Shown here one piece after another: positions 18,581-28,415 of a DNA stretch of 64,000 bases; the first letter of the stretch is position 1, and the number at the start of each line of letters is the position of its first letter. The notes under the pieces were generated by a model, which ran no database searches, had not been told where the DNA came from, and worked only from the letters and a program-made list of their open reading frames with translations. This DNA is from a virus (taxonomy: Duplodnaviria > Caudoviricetes). The translations under genes were made by a program, and so were the position numbers. The DNA is taken from positions 769-64,768 of the IMG/VR virus record IMGVR_UViG_3300007734_000748, one strand, 5' to 3'.

Positions 18581-20941
18581 TCAAACCTTTCCAAGTATCT
18601 TTAACAGCTCTTCTCGTGAAGTGGGGTCACCCTCACCACCTAGAATCTTTGCCAACATTGACGCAACGTCATTTTCCTTCGGATTACCTTGCGGTGCAAG
18701 GGCTGAAGCTGGCTGGGGCTTGGTCAAGTCCAACAAATCTGGTCCGTGCAACAACGGATTACTCTGCACCAATTGCCCTTGCTCATCTGTCTTTTGGGGC
18801 GTGCTGTTAAAAACTTGATTTAGCGGTTTGGTTGGATCAACGTATTTAGGTTCTTCCAGCAGCGGATTACTCTGCACCAATTGCCCTTGCGCGTCCATTT
18901 TTTGAGGTGTGCTGGAGAAGTCTTTCCCGCCGTAGAACACTTTGGCCAACTCAGGCGTGACTGTCTGGTAAGTCACTGGAGCTTGCTGTTGCTGCCCAAA
19001 AAGTGCGCCAAGAATGTCGGGTTCTTTTGGTGTAGTCGGCGTAGTCGGCGTAGTCGGCGTAGCCGGTTTTTTGGATGGGTTAGTTGGTGCAACTGACGGT
19101 ATTTTGTTACGCCAAGGAAGTGTTGGGTTGTCAATTGGCTCGCAAGCCCCCGTGCCTACGTTAAAGAGATAACCCTCGGGGCACGGATCAATTGGTTCGC
19201 AGGTTTGCGTCTCTGTGTTGAACAGGTAACCTTCCGGGCAAACATCAAACTCCTCATCAAGCACGCACTTGCTGCCGTCCCAGTGCCAACCTTCGGCACA
19301 ATTCTCTGGGCCATCGTCATCCATTACGCACTTGCTACCGTCCCAGTGCCAACCTTCGGCGCAACCCTCTGGGCCGTCTATTGGCTCTTTATCATCTATT
19401 GGAACGCATGTTTTAGATGCAAAATCATATACATAGCCTTCTTGACAGTCTTCAGGCTTTTCAGGCGGCTCTTCGTCGTCGGGCACGCACATGCTGCCGT
19501 CCCAGTGCCAACCTTCGGCGCAGGGGTCAGGTGTTGGCTCAGGTGGCGGCTCAGGTGGCGGCTCAGGTGGCGGCTCAGGTGGCGGCTCAGGTGGCGGCTC
19601 AGGTGGCGGCTTAGGGGTTGGAGTGGGCTGCGTAGCCTTTGTGTCATTTACAAAAGTATCAAATTCTTTGTTGAAGGTGTTTCTATCCGTGTACCAAATA
19701 AATTTGTTGAGTTCGTCAGCCGTAGCTTCCCGGCCAAACTCTTTTTGGATTCTTGCATTTGCATCAATGCCGTTTGCAACAGCGCCAAGTCCGGCAGAAA
19801 TAGCTGCCTGTAGCGTGGCAGCGTCTATCTGTTTTCCGGATTTACCTTGCAGGTTTGTAACAACAGCGGCATTAAAAACTTTCTGTATGGGTTTTGGAAG
19901 ATCAGCAAAACCAGAAATTGCCCCAGCAGCGGCGTTCACGCCCGCTTGAATGCCGCCGTCAATAAAAGCTTTACCAACGTCTTTGCCGTACAGTCCTTGG
20001 ATAACTGAGTTGGTTCCTGCGCCGGTTAAAATAGTTTTTGCAACTGCGTTTGTGTCTACGGGAAGCGCCCAGTTTATCCCTTGAGTAACTAAATCTCCAA
20101 CTTTGCCCGCTGCATAAATTTTGGCTAAATCAACAACACCTTGTTCAAGATTACCTGTTGTCAGTGCGTTAATAGTTGCAGCTGTGGCGGCTGAAGACGT
20201 AGCATAAGTAGCCCCCAAACCGCTCCCTGGGGCTATAACTTCTAGCACGATCGGCATGAGCGCGTTAACTGTTGGGAGACCCGCCCTCAGTCTATCTGCC
20301 AACCACCCTTGCAGGTAATACTCGTACCCTCTTGTTCCTGCGTACCTTGAGTTGCCATCAATAAATTGTTGGCTAACCATTTGATCGCTAAGCTTAACTG
20401 GGTTTGATACATAAGCTATTGAGTTAAGCGCCCAATCAGGTGCAGCAGTAGGTTTACCAATTCCTACAATTGCGGGGTTGTCTCCATCTATGACGTAACT
20501 ACTTGCAAGGATTGACGGGTAATCCCCCGTACCAATAATTCCAGCGGCCTGTGCGTCAGATTTACTCCATACAAAGCCATCAGTCCCACCAATATTGGTT
20601 TGTGCGGCATTTTTAAATGTGTTAGGGCCGAGAAAAGCTTTGTTATACAGCTGCCTTCCATCACTAACCACACCCCTGTTGACAAAATCTCGCGGCACAA
20701 AATAGTAAGAGTTACCATCTACGCCAGTCAATGCTTGCCCACCGACAAAGTCCCCATAAAGAACTGAAGGGCTACCCCCCAGCGTAGTTGGGGTGACATC
20801 GGCGTTTAGATATTTGGCGCTTTCAGCAGTTTTTGTTTTTGCTATTTCTTTTTCTCTGGCTGCCGCTTCTTGGGCGGCTTTTTCCCGTTCAGCCCTTTGA
20901 GATGCCTCATATTCTTGAAAAAGTCTACTAAAATTTCCCAT
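18581..20941 (-). CDS. virion-cluster protein with PEPP linker and six Cys-rich repeats
   Basis: 786 aa; CxEG[WY]x[WYF][DN]...C repeats, (PEPP)n and (PTT)n tracts. Confidence 0.75.
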   Translation of the reverse strand: MGNFSRLFQEYEASQRAEREKAAQEAAAREKEIAKTKTAESAKYLNADVTPTTLGGSPSVLYGDFVGGQALTGVDGNSYYFVPRDFVNRGVVSDGRQLYNKAFLGPNTFKNAAQTNIGGTDGFVWSKSDAQAAGIIGTGDYPSILASSYVIDGDNPAIVGIGKPTAAPDWALNSIAYVSNPVKLSDQMVSQQFIDGNSRYAGTRGYEYYLQGWLADRLRAGLPTVNALMPIVLEVIAPGSGLGATYATSSAATAATINALTTGNLEQGVVDLAKIYAAGKVGDLVTQGINWALPVDTNAVAKTILTGAGTNSVIQGLYGKDVGKAFIDGGIQAGVNAAAGAISGFADLPKPIQKVFNAAVVTNLQGKSGKQIDAATLQAAISAGLGAVANGIDANARIQKEFGREATADELNKFIWYTDRNTFNKEFDTFVNDTKATQPTPTPKPPPEPPPEPPPEPPPEPPPEPPPEPTPDPCAEGWHWDGSMCVPDDEEPPEKPEDCQEGYVYDFASKTCVPIDDKEPIDGPEGCAEGWHWDGSKCVMDDDGPENCAEGWHWDGSKCVLDEEFDVCPEGYLFNTETQTCEPIDPCPEGYLFNVGTGACEPIDNPTLPWRNKIPSVAPTNPSKKPATPTTPTTPTTPKEPDILGALFGQQQQAPVTYQTVTPELAKVFYGGKDFSSTPQKMDAQGQLVQSNPLLEEPKYVDPTKPLNQVFNSTPQKTDEQGQLVQSNPLLHGPDLLDLTKPQPASALAPQGNPKENDVASMLAKILGGEGDPTSREELLKILGKV
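19032..19058 (-). repeat. 9-bp tandem repeat x3 (PTT)
   Basis: gtagtcggc x3. Confidence 0.8.
19536..19607 (-). repeat. 12-bp tandem repeat x6 (PEPP)
   Basis: ggctcaggtggc x6, perfect copies. Confidence 0.95.
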
Positions 20942-21324
20942 TACAGCACCACCTCTGCTCTGTATGTACGGTACTGTCCGCCGTCAATTCTTTCGACTAT
21001 ATATGGCACATTAATCCATTTGTAAATGTTCATGAGCTTGAGATTGTCAAAGTATGTCTCAGCCTTTTTGAAGCCTTCCTTGGACATGCAATCCAAGAAC
21101 TCACGCAGATTAGATGCAAACTTCGTCCAGTGCTCTGCATTTGCTGGATGCCACTCGACCACATCGTCCTTGGGTATTACGGTGAACAAGGTGTTGCCAA
21201 TCTTCTTGATCTGTCCCTTGGCGTCAAAAAGCATCGTGCCAACGTAGTAGCCATCCAACATGGACATGTTTTCGTCGTAGTTGTTTGCCAGATCAACGGC
21301 AAGGATCTCTTTAATTTCCATCAT
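20941..21324 (-). CDS. hypothetical protein, possibly GNAT-like virion assembly factor
   Basis: Size and position between tail stabilisation and ejection genes match the podoviral acetyltransferase-like slot; no decisive motif. Confidence 0.5.
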   Translation of the reverse strand: MMEIKEILAVDLANNYDENMSMLDGYYVGTMLFDAKGQIKKIGNTLFTVIPKDDVVEWHPANAEHWTKFASNLREFLDCMSKEGFKKAETYFDNLKLMNIYKWINVPYIVERIDGGQYRTYRAEVVL

Positions 21325-21989
21325 GCCACCGGTAAAGCTGAAACAAATGAAAGGGTAGCCACAACCGATTGAGTTGATGGCTTGGTGGGAGTGCCAGAGG
21401 CGGCGTAGTATTGAATGCTCACATTTGCGCTGGTGGTTGACCAGTAAATTTGAACATAGTCATTCTCTGCCATTTGCAGGTAATAGTTCCAGCCAATGAT
21501 GCTGTGAAATGGATCTGCGGGTGTTTTTCTTGCTGGCATGCCAACTTTGCCAGTTGACCCGGTTATGTCAGCGGAGGATCCCCCATCATTGCCTTGGCGT
21601 AGCCAGATAAAAATATCTTGCGGGGCAGTGTCTGTTGACTGCACCTGGGCACTAAACTGCAGGTTGTATATACCGGCGTTTTCAACCGTTATCTTAGATG
21701 AACTGATGCTGACCCCGTTGGTAAAATCCGTGGTATTGAGCGTCATCAGTGTGGCTGTATTGGCCGTGGTGGTTTGGCTTTGACCGCTGGAGAATGCCCC
21801 GTAGGGAAAGTTTATATATTTGCCCCCGGTCGTGTCCAACAGATTTCCAAATGCGCTATCTATCTGATTGAAATAGATGCGAAGCATGTTGCGGAACTGA
21901 TCCTCATCCAATTTGACGTAGTTAATAGGAGGAATGGACAGAGCAGGTGCTCTGAATTTTCGCAGAAATCGGGTAAAAACTGTTGCCAT
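21321..21989 (-). CDS. tail-associated structural protein
   Basis: N-terminal helix then a beta-rich domain (AGIYNLQFSAQ); follows the tail stabilisation gene. Confidence 0.6.
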   Translation of the reverse strand: MATVFTRFLRKFRAPALSIPPINYVKLDEDQFRNMLRIYFNQIDSAFGNLLDTTGGKYINFPYGAFSSGQSQTTTANTATLMTLNTTDFTNGVSISSSKITVENAGIYNLQFSAQVQSTDTAPQDIFIWLRQGNDGGSSADITGSTGKVGMPARKTPADPFHSIIGWNYYLQMAENDYVQIYWSTTSANVSIQYYAASGTPTKPSTQSVVATLSFVSALPVA

Positions 21990-24106
21990 CAGCGCCTGCC
22001 GTCCTGGCGAATGTCAATTCTGGGTGAACCAGCTTGCCACTGAACACCCAGCGCAGTCGAACGGTACTCCATTGCCATCTGACGGCCACGCACCCTGATG
22101 TAAACCTGCCCTGTAAACTCCTCAATGGGGACTGTGGCAGTGCGGGTAACGGAGGCGTCACTTGACCCGCCCAGCGACTGAGGCACGTTATACCCAGAAC
22201 CAGAGTTCTGCATGGGTTTGAGATACATTGTGATCTGTGGATTGGTGACGGTTGATCCGCTGAACTTAACATCAGGAAGAACCCGCCACACAAAGCCAAA
22301 CTTATCCCCATCGTCCACATCAAATTCTGCGGATGTGATGAAAGATTCGATTGCCACAGCCGTCCCAGTGGTGTTGTCATCTACGCCAACTTCATGGTTG
22401 ACCAGATTTTTGTCATAGGTGGCGGCAAGAGGGTAATCCCTTAAACCAGAATCCAGCCATGCGGTGCGGGCCAAAGATCCGTAATACCAGCAGCCTTGCC
22501 CCTGATTTTCAGCATAGTTGTAAATGACATAACTATCCACAGTGGTGCTTGTGCCAGAGCAATAGAACCACCAGATCTCATTAAATCCTTCGTTTGTTCC
22601 CGAAAATACCTGATCAAACTGTTGCTTGTTGATGTTCTCAAAAACATATTGGCGCAGATCACAGTTCAGGGTTTGGGTTGTTCCCTGGTATTTGTAGAAC
22701 TTATCCACACCCATCCAATAAGCCACGCCATTGGCGTAGGCAACTGCATTTTCTGATGCAATTGATAAATTATCCCCTACAAGTTGTGAACTCCAAACAA
22801 TAGGAGCACCCACATATTGGAGTGAATAAAGAGATGAGTCTGTCCAGGTCAAGATCTCTTGGCGGGCCTGCATGGCTGTGATGATTTGTGAGCCATGAGA
22901 GAGCAGCAAGCTACCGGCTTGATTTGTCGCGGCTGGAGACCAATTCACAACAGATTCCTGATCAGACCAGCGAATCAACATGGGGTTTTGGGTGGTTGAG
23001 CCGTAATCATTTGCGCCAAAGGCAAAAACAAATCTGCTTACATCAGATACCAAAATATAGTTTTGGATGATTGGCGCGGCAGAGGCATTTGCCAAGCTGG
23101 TTATATTTATACCCCTTGATGATACGGATTGAGTCCCAGATTGTGTTCCGCTGGTATTGATATTTGCCCCGCCATAGGTGGCGGTGAGATTACAGGTTGC
23201 TCCAGACGAGTTGGAAACATAGTAGACAGTGCCCACAGAAAGGCCCGTGGGTAATGCTCCGGTGCTGTTTAGCTGGATTGCTGTTCCATTTGGAACATTA
23301 CTCAAAGAGGAAAATGTGACCACAGCAGGGCTTGCAATGGTAATCGTGACCTCAGACGATGCAACACCAATGTTTGCATTCCAGTAATAAATTGGCCCCG
23401 CTCTTGGGCCAAATATCAAATCCTGCCCAAAGTTGTTTTGGCTCCATAACCTTAAGGCATCTGTTTGTGTTTGACCGTTGCCCCATGTTCCATAGCCCCA
23501 CGGGCCAGTGCCCCACCCCGTCAGGGGAACCGTGTATGAAGGCCCAGTGTTGATCTGGTACTGGGTAATGACTGTCCCGCCGTGCCCCGTGTCTGAAGCG
23601 TTGGCAGTAGCGGACACCGTGATGGTGTAGTTGTTTATGTCAATGACTGTGACTTGAAACTGGCCGGTCAAAACTGCCGCCGTGATGTTTCCACCAAGGC
23701 TGGTTATACCTGCGCCACTATAAGAGACATAGTCCCCGGTAATGCAGCCGTGGGCTGTATCAGCCACTGCAATAACAGCAGAACTTGTCGTTGCGGTAAA
23801 TGGGTTGGTAAGAGTTACCGTCTCTCGAATCGGGGTGATGTCGTTGTAAACACCGCCACGCTCAATGTAAAACTTTAAGTTTGTGCCAACACCCAGCAAG
23901 TTTAAACTGCTAAGAGTTACCCAGTTCCACAGGGATCGGCAAAAGCCGAGAAATGTAGTCGCAGAGATTTGTTGCCAGCCGCCAATCTTCTCAGGAGTGC
24001 CTTGGCGAAAACGAATCTTGTCGCAGTCATACCAACCATTCTCATTGGTGTAGCGGGTGTTCTCCTTGTTTACACCGGGTCTGAGAGTCAGTTTTTTGAG
24101 TGGCAT
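21989..24106 (-). CDS. tail tube/DNA stabilisation (nozzle, P22 gp10-like) protein
   Basis: 705 aa, beta-propeller-like; IRWSDQES, EIWWFY and RVRGRQ patterns, with inserted beta domains. Confidence 0.7.
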   Translation of the reverse strand: MPLKKLTLRPGVNKENTRYTNENGWYDCDKIRFRQGTPEKIGGWQQISATTFLGFCRSLWNWVTLSSLNLLGVGTNLKFYIERGGVYNDITPIRETVTLTNPFTATTSSAVIAVADTAHGCITGDYVSYSGAGITSLGGNITAAVLTGQFQVTVIDINNYTITVSATANASDTGHGGTVITQYQINTGPSYTVPLTGWGTGPWGYGTWGNGQTQTDALRLWSQNNFGQDLIFGPRAGPIYYWNANIGVASSEVTITIASPAVVTFSSLSNVPNGTAIQLNSTGALPTGLSVGTVYYVSNSSGATCNLTATYGGANINTSGTQSGTQSVSSRGINITSLANASAAPIIQNYILVSDVSRFVFAFGANDYGSTTQNPMLIRWSDQESVVNWSPAATNQAGSLLLSHGSQIITAMQARQEILTWTDSSLYSLQYVGAPIVWSSQLVGDNLSIASENAVAYANGVAYWMGVDKFYKYQGTTQTLNCDLRQYVFENINKQQFDQVFSGTNEGFNEIWWFYCSGTSTTVDSYVIYNYAENQGQGCWYYGSLARTAWLDSGLRDYPLAATYDKNLVNHEVGVDDNTTGTAVAIESFITSAEFDVDDGDKFGFVWRVLPDVKFSGSTVTNPQITMYLKPMQNSGSGYNVPQSLGGSSDASVTRTATVPIEEFTGQVYIRVRGRQMAMEYRSTALGVQWQAGSPRIDIRQDGRR

Positions 24107-24114
24107 GATCTACC

Positions 24115-24591
24115 TTATGACAAGAACATGGCTCGTTCATCGATACGCCGATTTTGCAGCCCTTTGAGTATTTTCCCACCAGCCATGCAATACTTCAAGA
24201 GTTCTTCCGCAGCACCCGCTTTATCGCCCCGAAGCAGCTTTTGACGAAGCGTTGAACGCTGGAGTGTCCCAAGACCGACATTGAAACTAAAGCTAACAAG
24301 GCTATCAAACATGCCTTGTGTAAGGGGAACTGGGCAAAACTGAGCAACTCCACGCTCGAACCTTGCAAGATCAGACCTGAGAATCCCATCGACTTCTTCC
24401 TTGGTAAATTGCCTGTTGTCTTCCGGGCGCAGGGGGACATTCATGCGCTCGGCCATTGGTAGCTTGGCCTGCTCGGGGTACATTACATGGCCCACGCCGA
24501 TCGTCCAGAGGTTTGCCGGGCAACGATATGGCTTGTACCGCACCCCTTCATGGTGGCGGATGACCTCGCAAGCCTGGGGGCTGATGTTCAT
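24115..24591 (-). CDS. endolysin (GH24 lysozyme)
   Basis: HEG...YRCPANLWTIGVGH, FDSLVSFSFNVG and GLQNRRIDE. Confidence 0.92.
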   Translation of the reverse strand: MNISPQACEVIRHHEGVRYKPYRCPANLWTIGVGHVMYPEQAKLPMAERMNVPLRPEDNRQFTKEEVDGILRSDLARFERGVAQFCPVPLTQGMFDSLVSFSFNVGLGTLQRSTLRQKLLRGDKAGAAEELLKYCMAGGKILKGLQNRRIDERAMFLS

Positions 24592-25091
24592 TTTTTGAAC
24601 GCTTGACCGCCAAACCAGAACGACACAATACAAGCCCAGATGATCTGGGTTTCGTCATCCCACAGATTGTCCAGGGCCACAACAAAATCCACGCCCGTGT
24701 GCCAAGCGTAGTAAAAACCAAAGACCTCCACGAACATGAACATCAGGAACATGCCGTAGGTAATCACAGAGCGGGTTGCGGCCCTCATGTTGATCACCCA
24801 GGTACTTGCCCCTTGGCCCAAGGCTATATCGTGGGCGTAGAGGGCTTGGCGCTCTTGCATGGCGGTCTGGGCATTGGTCACATCTGCGTTGATCTGAATC
24901 TGCTCGGTTTGGATGTGCTCAATGCGCTCCTGGGCCTCCAAGCCAGCCTTTTTGAGGGCCAGTTCACGCTCGGTCTGCATGGCGGCAAGGGCAAGCTCAT
25001 GTTTCTTGTCTGCCCGGTCTTGGAAAAATTCAAGGATTTTGGGCAGGCCGCCCATTAGGAAGCTGATTAGGCTGGAGAACAGGGTTAACAT
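24588..25091 (-). CDS. putative holin (3TM-holin-like)
   Basis: Several hydrophobic segments and terminal SFWFG; directly upstream of the lysozyme. Confidence 0.65.
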   Translation of the reverse strand: MLTLFSSLISFLMGGLPKILEFFQDRADKKHELALAAMQTERELALKKAGLEAQERIEHIQTEQIQINADVTNAQTAMQERQALYAHDIALGQGASTWVINMRAATRSVITYGMFLMFMFVEVFGFYYAWHTGVDFVVALDNLWDDETQIIWACIVSFWFGGQAFKK

Positions 25092-25377
25092 TTTTTCTTT
25101 CCTCTTCAATTTGCTTTCGCAGTTTCTCGGTCTTTTCCATCTGGGCCTTGGCCTCTCGCTTCACCACCATTGTGTCTACATATAGCATCCCAACCAGCGG
25201 GATTACCAACACAAAAACCAGCGCAAACAGAATCAAGACAAGTAGGTATCCAATCGACCCCGATGATGAAGATTGATTATCCACATTAGGCATATCAGGT
25301 AGGCGACTACGAAAACCACCACCACTGTTTCCAACACCCTGTCCAGTATCTGATTTTTTAACCTTTGTCGCCGCCAT
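25030..25377 (-). CDS. membrane protein of the lysis cassette (single TM + coiled coil)
   Basis: TM segment IGYLLVLILFALVFVLVIPLVGML followed by a coiled coil; overlaps both neighbours. Confidence 0.55.
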   Translation of the reverse strand: MAATKVKKSDTGQGVGNSGGGFRSRLPDMPNVDNQSSSSGSIGYLLVLILFALVFVLVIPLVGMLYVDTMVVKREAKAQMEKTEKLRKQIEEERKNVNPVLQPNQLPNGRPAQNP

Positions 25378-25802
25378 GCTTTCATCCGTTTTTCATGCAA
25401 CTCCCGTGCCGCTTGTTCCGATTTCTGATCCAACAGCCGTTGATACTCCTCAACGATTTCCCGCCAGAGATCAGGCATCCCCATCTCCCAGCGCACCATT
25501 CTCTCCAAATCGGCATAAAACTGCTTGGTCTGCCGCAGATACATCACGTTGTCTATGGCTTGTGTGGCTAGATCGTCTTTGATCCCCTTTTTCCTGTTGT
25601 CTTCACGCTGAACCTCTGCTTTTTCATGGCTGGCCTCTAACTCTGCGTGGCCCTTGAAAAAGCTTGAAAGGGCTGTACCAACCTCACCTGTGATCTTTGA
25701 CAGATCAGACCCGGTTTTCTTCAGGTCTTGGTAAACGCTGATGCAGCCCTTGATGCCTTCATATGCCCCTTTGCACAGGGTAAACGCTGTTACTGGGTCA
25801 AT
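25233..25802 (-). CDS. lysis-region membrane protein, apparently initiating at ATT
   Basis: Frame open from ATT GAC CCA (IDPVTAFTL...) at 25802, GGAG 5 nt upstream; in-frame TGA further upstream with no ATG/GTG/TTG between; C-terminal TM. Confidence 0.6.
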   Translation of the reverse strand: MDPVTAFTLCKGAYEGIKGCISVYQDLKKTGSDLSKITGEVGTALSSFFKGHAELEASHEKAEVQREDNRKKGIKDDLATQAIDNVMYLRQTKQFYADLERMVRWEMGMPDLWREIVEEYQRLLDQKSEQAARELHEKRMKAWRRQRLKNQILDRVLETVVVVFVVAYLICLMWIINLHHRGRLDTYLS

Positions 25803-25954
25803 GGCTGCTCCGCTACGGTCTCTGGTGGCACTTGAGGGTCAGCCTGTTCCTTGATGTGCAACATCAAAGCCATTGCATTGGTCTTGGCTGGGAGTTCCCC
25901 CAAAGCCCCAAGGATCATGTTTACAGCGTCAATTGGCAGTTCCAGTTTTATCAT
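25790..25954 (-). CDS. small hypothetical protein after the tail fibres
   Basis: Hand-translated MIKLELPIDAVNMILGALGELPAKTNAMALMLHIKEQADPQV...; GGAG RBS, ATGA overlap. Confidence 0.7.
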   Translation of the reverse strand: MIKLELPIDAVNMILGALGELPAKTNAMALMLHIKEQADPQVPPETVAEQPLTQ

Positions 25955-27225
25955 TTGTTCTCCAAAGCAGTGATACGGTCGGTGAGTGATTGAATGATGA
26001 CTTGTTGTTCTTGAATTGCCGCTGTTAACAGCGGAATAAGCTCCGTGTATCTAATAGTTAAATAGGCAGTAGCGTCCTCAGTATCAGGCATTACAAACTC
26101 GTCAACAGCCTCAGGTAATACGGATTGAACGCTTTGTGCAGATATGCCAACGCAAGGCTTTTTGTTTTCGTCAGATTTCCATGTGAACTTGATTGGCTCA
26201 AGTTGTGCTATCGAAGACAAAGCATCAACAAAACCGCCTGTTACATCTTTAAGTCGAATATCAGAATACGACGACCAAGAAGTTGCTCCAGAAGTTACTT
26301 GTACTCCGCCACTACCTGCCTGTGCAACAATATTTGCCGACCCTAATCCAGATGGGGTAAATTTAATCCATGCCTGCCCACCACCGCTAGCATAATTGCC
26401 TTCAGTTCCAGCGCACATCCCAACGGACTTGCTTCCGCTAAATGTAGCCAAAACACCCCCATCGGTGTTATCAAATACACCCAAACGAATAGTCCCCTTA
26501 ACCACTTGGAAACCAGACGAACTTCCAGCTCCACCAGATATTACTGACGTGCTTCCCACCAGCAAGTTACCGCTGGAGTCGAATGTCATTCCAGCTGTTG
26601 ATTCAGTTCCTTTGAAAAACGCATGACCGCCAGTTGCTTCTGTGCGGTATTTGTTCATGCCCGTGCCAGCGTTGTGGGCAACAGAGCCGTAATATGTTTC
26701 GTTGTTTGAAAAAACAATCTGCTTGTTTACATCAGAACTAAATACATTCAAGCGTGCAGCAGAAACAGTTGTAGTGCCAAGCTGCAAGTTGCTACTTGCA
26801 TTCAAAGTCATCGCCTGATTCCAAGTAATGTTACTTCCTGCTGTGCCTGAAGTTATATTGAACCAACGATGCGCCCCACTTGATTGGTCGTATTGAGAAG
26901 CAACTCCAGTTGCTGCATACTTCCATCCAGAGTTGTAATAACAATTGGCGAAAAAAACAGGTTGTCCAGCAGCTCCAGCAAGCCCCGTTCCAGCAGCGCC
27001 AAGCTCAAACGCTTTGAAAATAGTCCAAGTGCTAGGCGTAACACCCACACCCACATTACCGCTAGCATCCTTTATCAAGCCGCCGTTGCCCACATTGAGC
27101 GTGTCTGTGCTGGCATCCCCCAATATGGTGTTGCCTGTGGTGGTCAGGTTAACAAGCGTTTCTGTGCCTGTGTTTGTCAGGCCCGGGGTGGTTATGCCCG
27201 TTGTGCCGTCTAGTACGATGCTCAT
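25951..27225 (-). CDS. tail fibre protein with peptidase S74 intramolecular chaperone
   Basis: SSYSDIRLK autocleavage motif, GISAQSV...Y.ELIPLL and a terminal coiled coil. Confidence 0.85.
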   Translation of the reverse strand: MSIVLDGTTGITTPGLTNTGTETLVNLTTTGNTILGDASTDTLNVGNGGLIKDASGNVGVGVTPSTWTIFKAFELGAAGTGLAGAAGQPVFFANCYYNSGWKYAATGVASQYDQSSGAHRWFNITSGTAGSNITWNQAMTLNASSNLQLGTTTVSAARLNVFSSDVNKQIVFSNNETYYGSVAHNAGTGMNKYRTEATGGHAFFKGTESTAGMTFDSSGNLLVGSTSVISGGAGSSSGFQVVKGTIRLGVFDNTDGGVLATFSGSKSVGMCAGTEGNYASGGGQAWIKFTPSGLGSANIVAQAGSGGVQVTSGATSWSSYSDIRLKDVTGGFVDALSSIAQLEPIKFTWKSDENKKPCVGISAQSVQSVLPEAVDEFVMPDTEDATAYLTIRYTELIPLLTAAIQEQQVIIQSLTDRITALENK

Positions 27226-28415
27226 GCTGATGCTCCTTTAAGCGCCGCTACATCGGCTTGCAGTTGGGTGATGAGGGCTTGTTGTTCTTGGACATATTTG
27301 ATAAGCGATGGAACAAGTTTTGAATAATCAACGCCCCAATAATCATTTTCTGTTTTTGCTGCACAAACAGCTTCTGGTGCAACTTCAATTAATTCTTGAG
27401 CAATAACACCAAATTTTTGATGCTCCCCAGTTACCCAATCAAACTCACGAATTTTAATGGCTTCAATTTTTTCTTTTGCAGAACCAGCATCAACAATGTT
27501 TGTTTTTAGACGCACATCAGAGCCTGATGTGTAGCTAACAGTAGTTGCCCCTGTGTGCTCAATTCTTCCAGCAGTAGCGCCAGTTGAGTTTGTAAAGAGT
27601 ATGTAATATAAGTCGTTTGTTGCGCTTGTTTCTTTGATGGTCATGCCTTGATTTGAAGCTGAACTTGCAGAAATTGATATTTTTCCATCGTTATTTTTAG
27701 TCGTAGTCCCCACCAGCAAGTTACCGCTGGAGTCGATACGGGCACGTTCGTTGCTATTGGTAATAAAAGCCAAATAGTCAGCACTAGTCGTTCCAAGCTG
27801 CAAAAAACCAGAACCGTTCTTAATAGTTTTTGCGCCACCAGTAACTTCAATGTCTCCGCTAACGACAAGACGGCTTGAACCGCTTGTAGTTCCAACCAAT
27901 AAATTCCCACTAGCATCAAGCGTCATTGCTTGGGTGAAGGTGATTGCGTTACCTGCTGTGCCGGATGGGGCGTTGTACCAATTATGAACTCCAGATGTAA
28001 TGTCATATCTTGCAGCGGAACTGGTAGTTAAATATGTCCAACCACCGCCTGAATTTCTGTACGAATTTGAAGAGAGTTCAAGTAAATTTGATTCTGTTCT
28101 TCCAGAAATACCCGCTGTACTTCCAAGTTGTATAGACCGATAAACGCTATTCCAAGCACTAGGCGTAACACCCAATCCCAAGTTACTACCATCAAACACC
28201 AACGCACTACCCGTAGTCAGCACTTTGGAGCCATCAAGATAGGCCACACCATTGGCTGTGCCACCTGAGTATGTAGGCTGGTTGGTGAACGATACCGCTT
28301 GGCTTGCGTCAATGGAGATTGCTGTGGTTCCGTCAGTTTGGATGTTTAAAACGCCCGAAGTGTCAGCGGTCGTGACTACCCCGGCAGATGTGGATGCGTT
28401 GATTGTTGATGGCAT
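27222..28415 (-). CDS. tail fibre protein with peptidase S74 chaperone
   Basis: TSGSDVRLK, GVIAQEL, VDYSKLVP. Confidence 0.85.
   Translation of the reverse strand: MPSTINASTSAGVVTTADTSGVLNIQTDGTTAISIDASQAVSFTNQPTYSGGTANGVAYLDGSKVLTTGSALVFDGSNLGLGVTPSAWNSVYRSIQLGSTAGISGRTESNLLELSSNSYRNSGGGWTYLTTSSAARYDITSGVHNWYNAPSGTAGNAITFTQAMTLDASGNLLVGTTSGSSRLVVSGDIEVTGGAKTIKNGSGFLQLGTTSADYLAFITNSNERARIDSSGNLLVGTTTKNNDGKISISASSASNQGMTIKETSATNDLYYILFTNSTGATAGRIEHTGATTVSYTSGSDVRLKTNIVDAGSAKEKIEAIKIREFDWVTGEHQKFGVIAQELIEVAPEAVCAAKTENDYWGVDYSKLVPSLIKYVQEQQALITQLQADVAALKGASA

Noticed and set aside
19205-19949. + strand ORFs with RWRL, AAQV or GSGGG repeats
   Set aside because: They are shadow translations of the 12-bp tandem repeat in the real - strand gene
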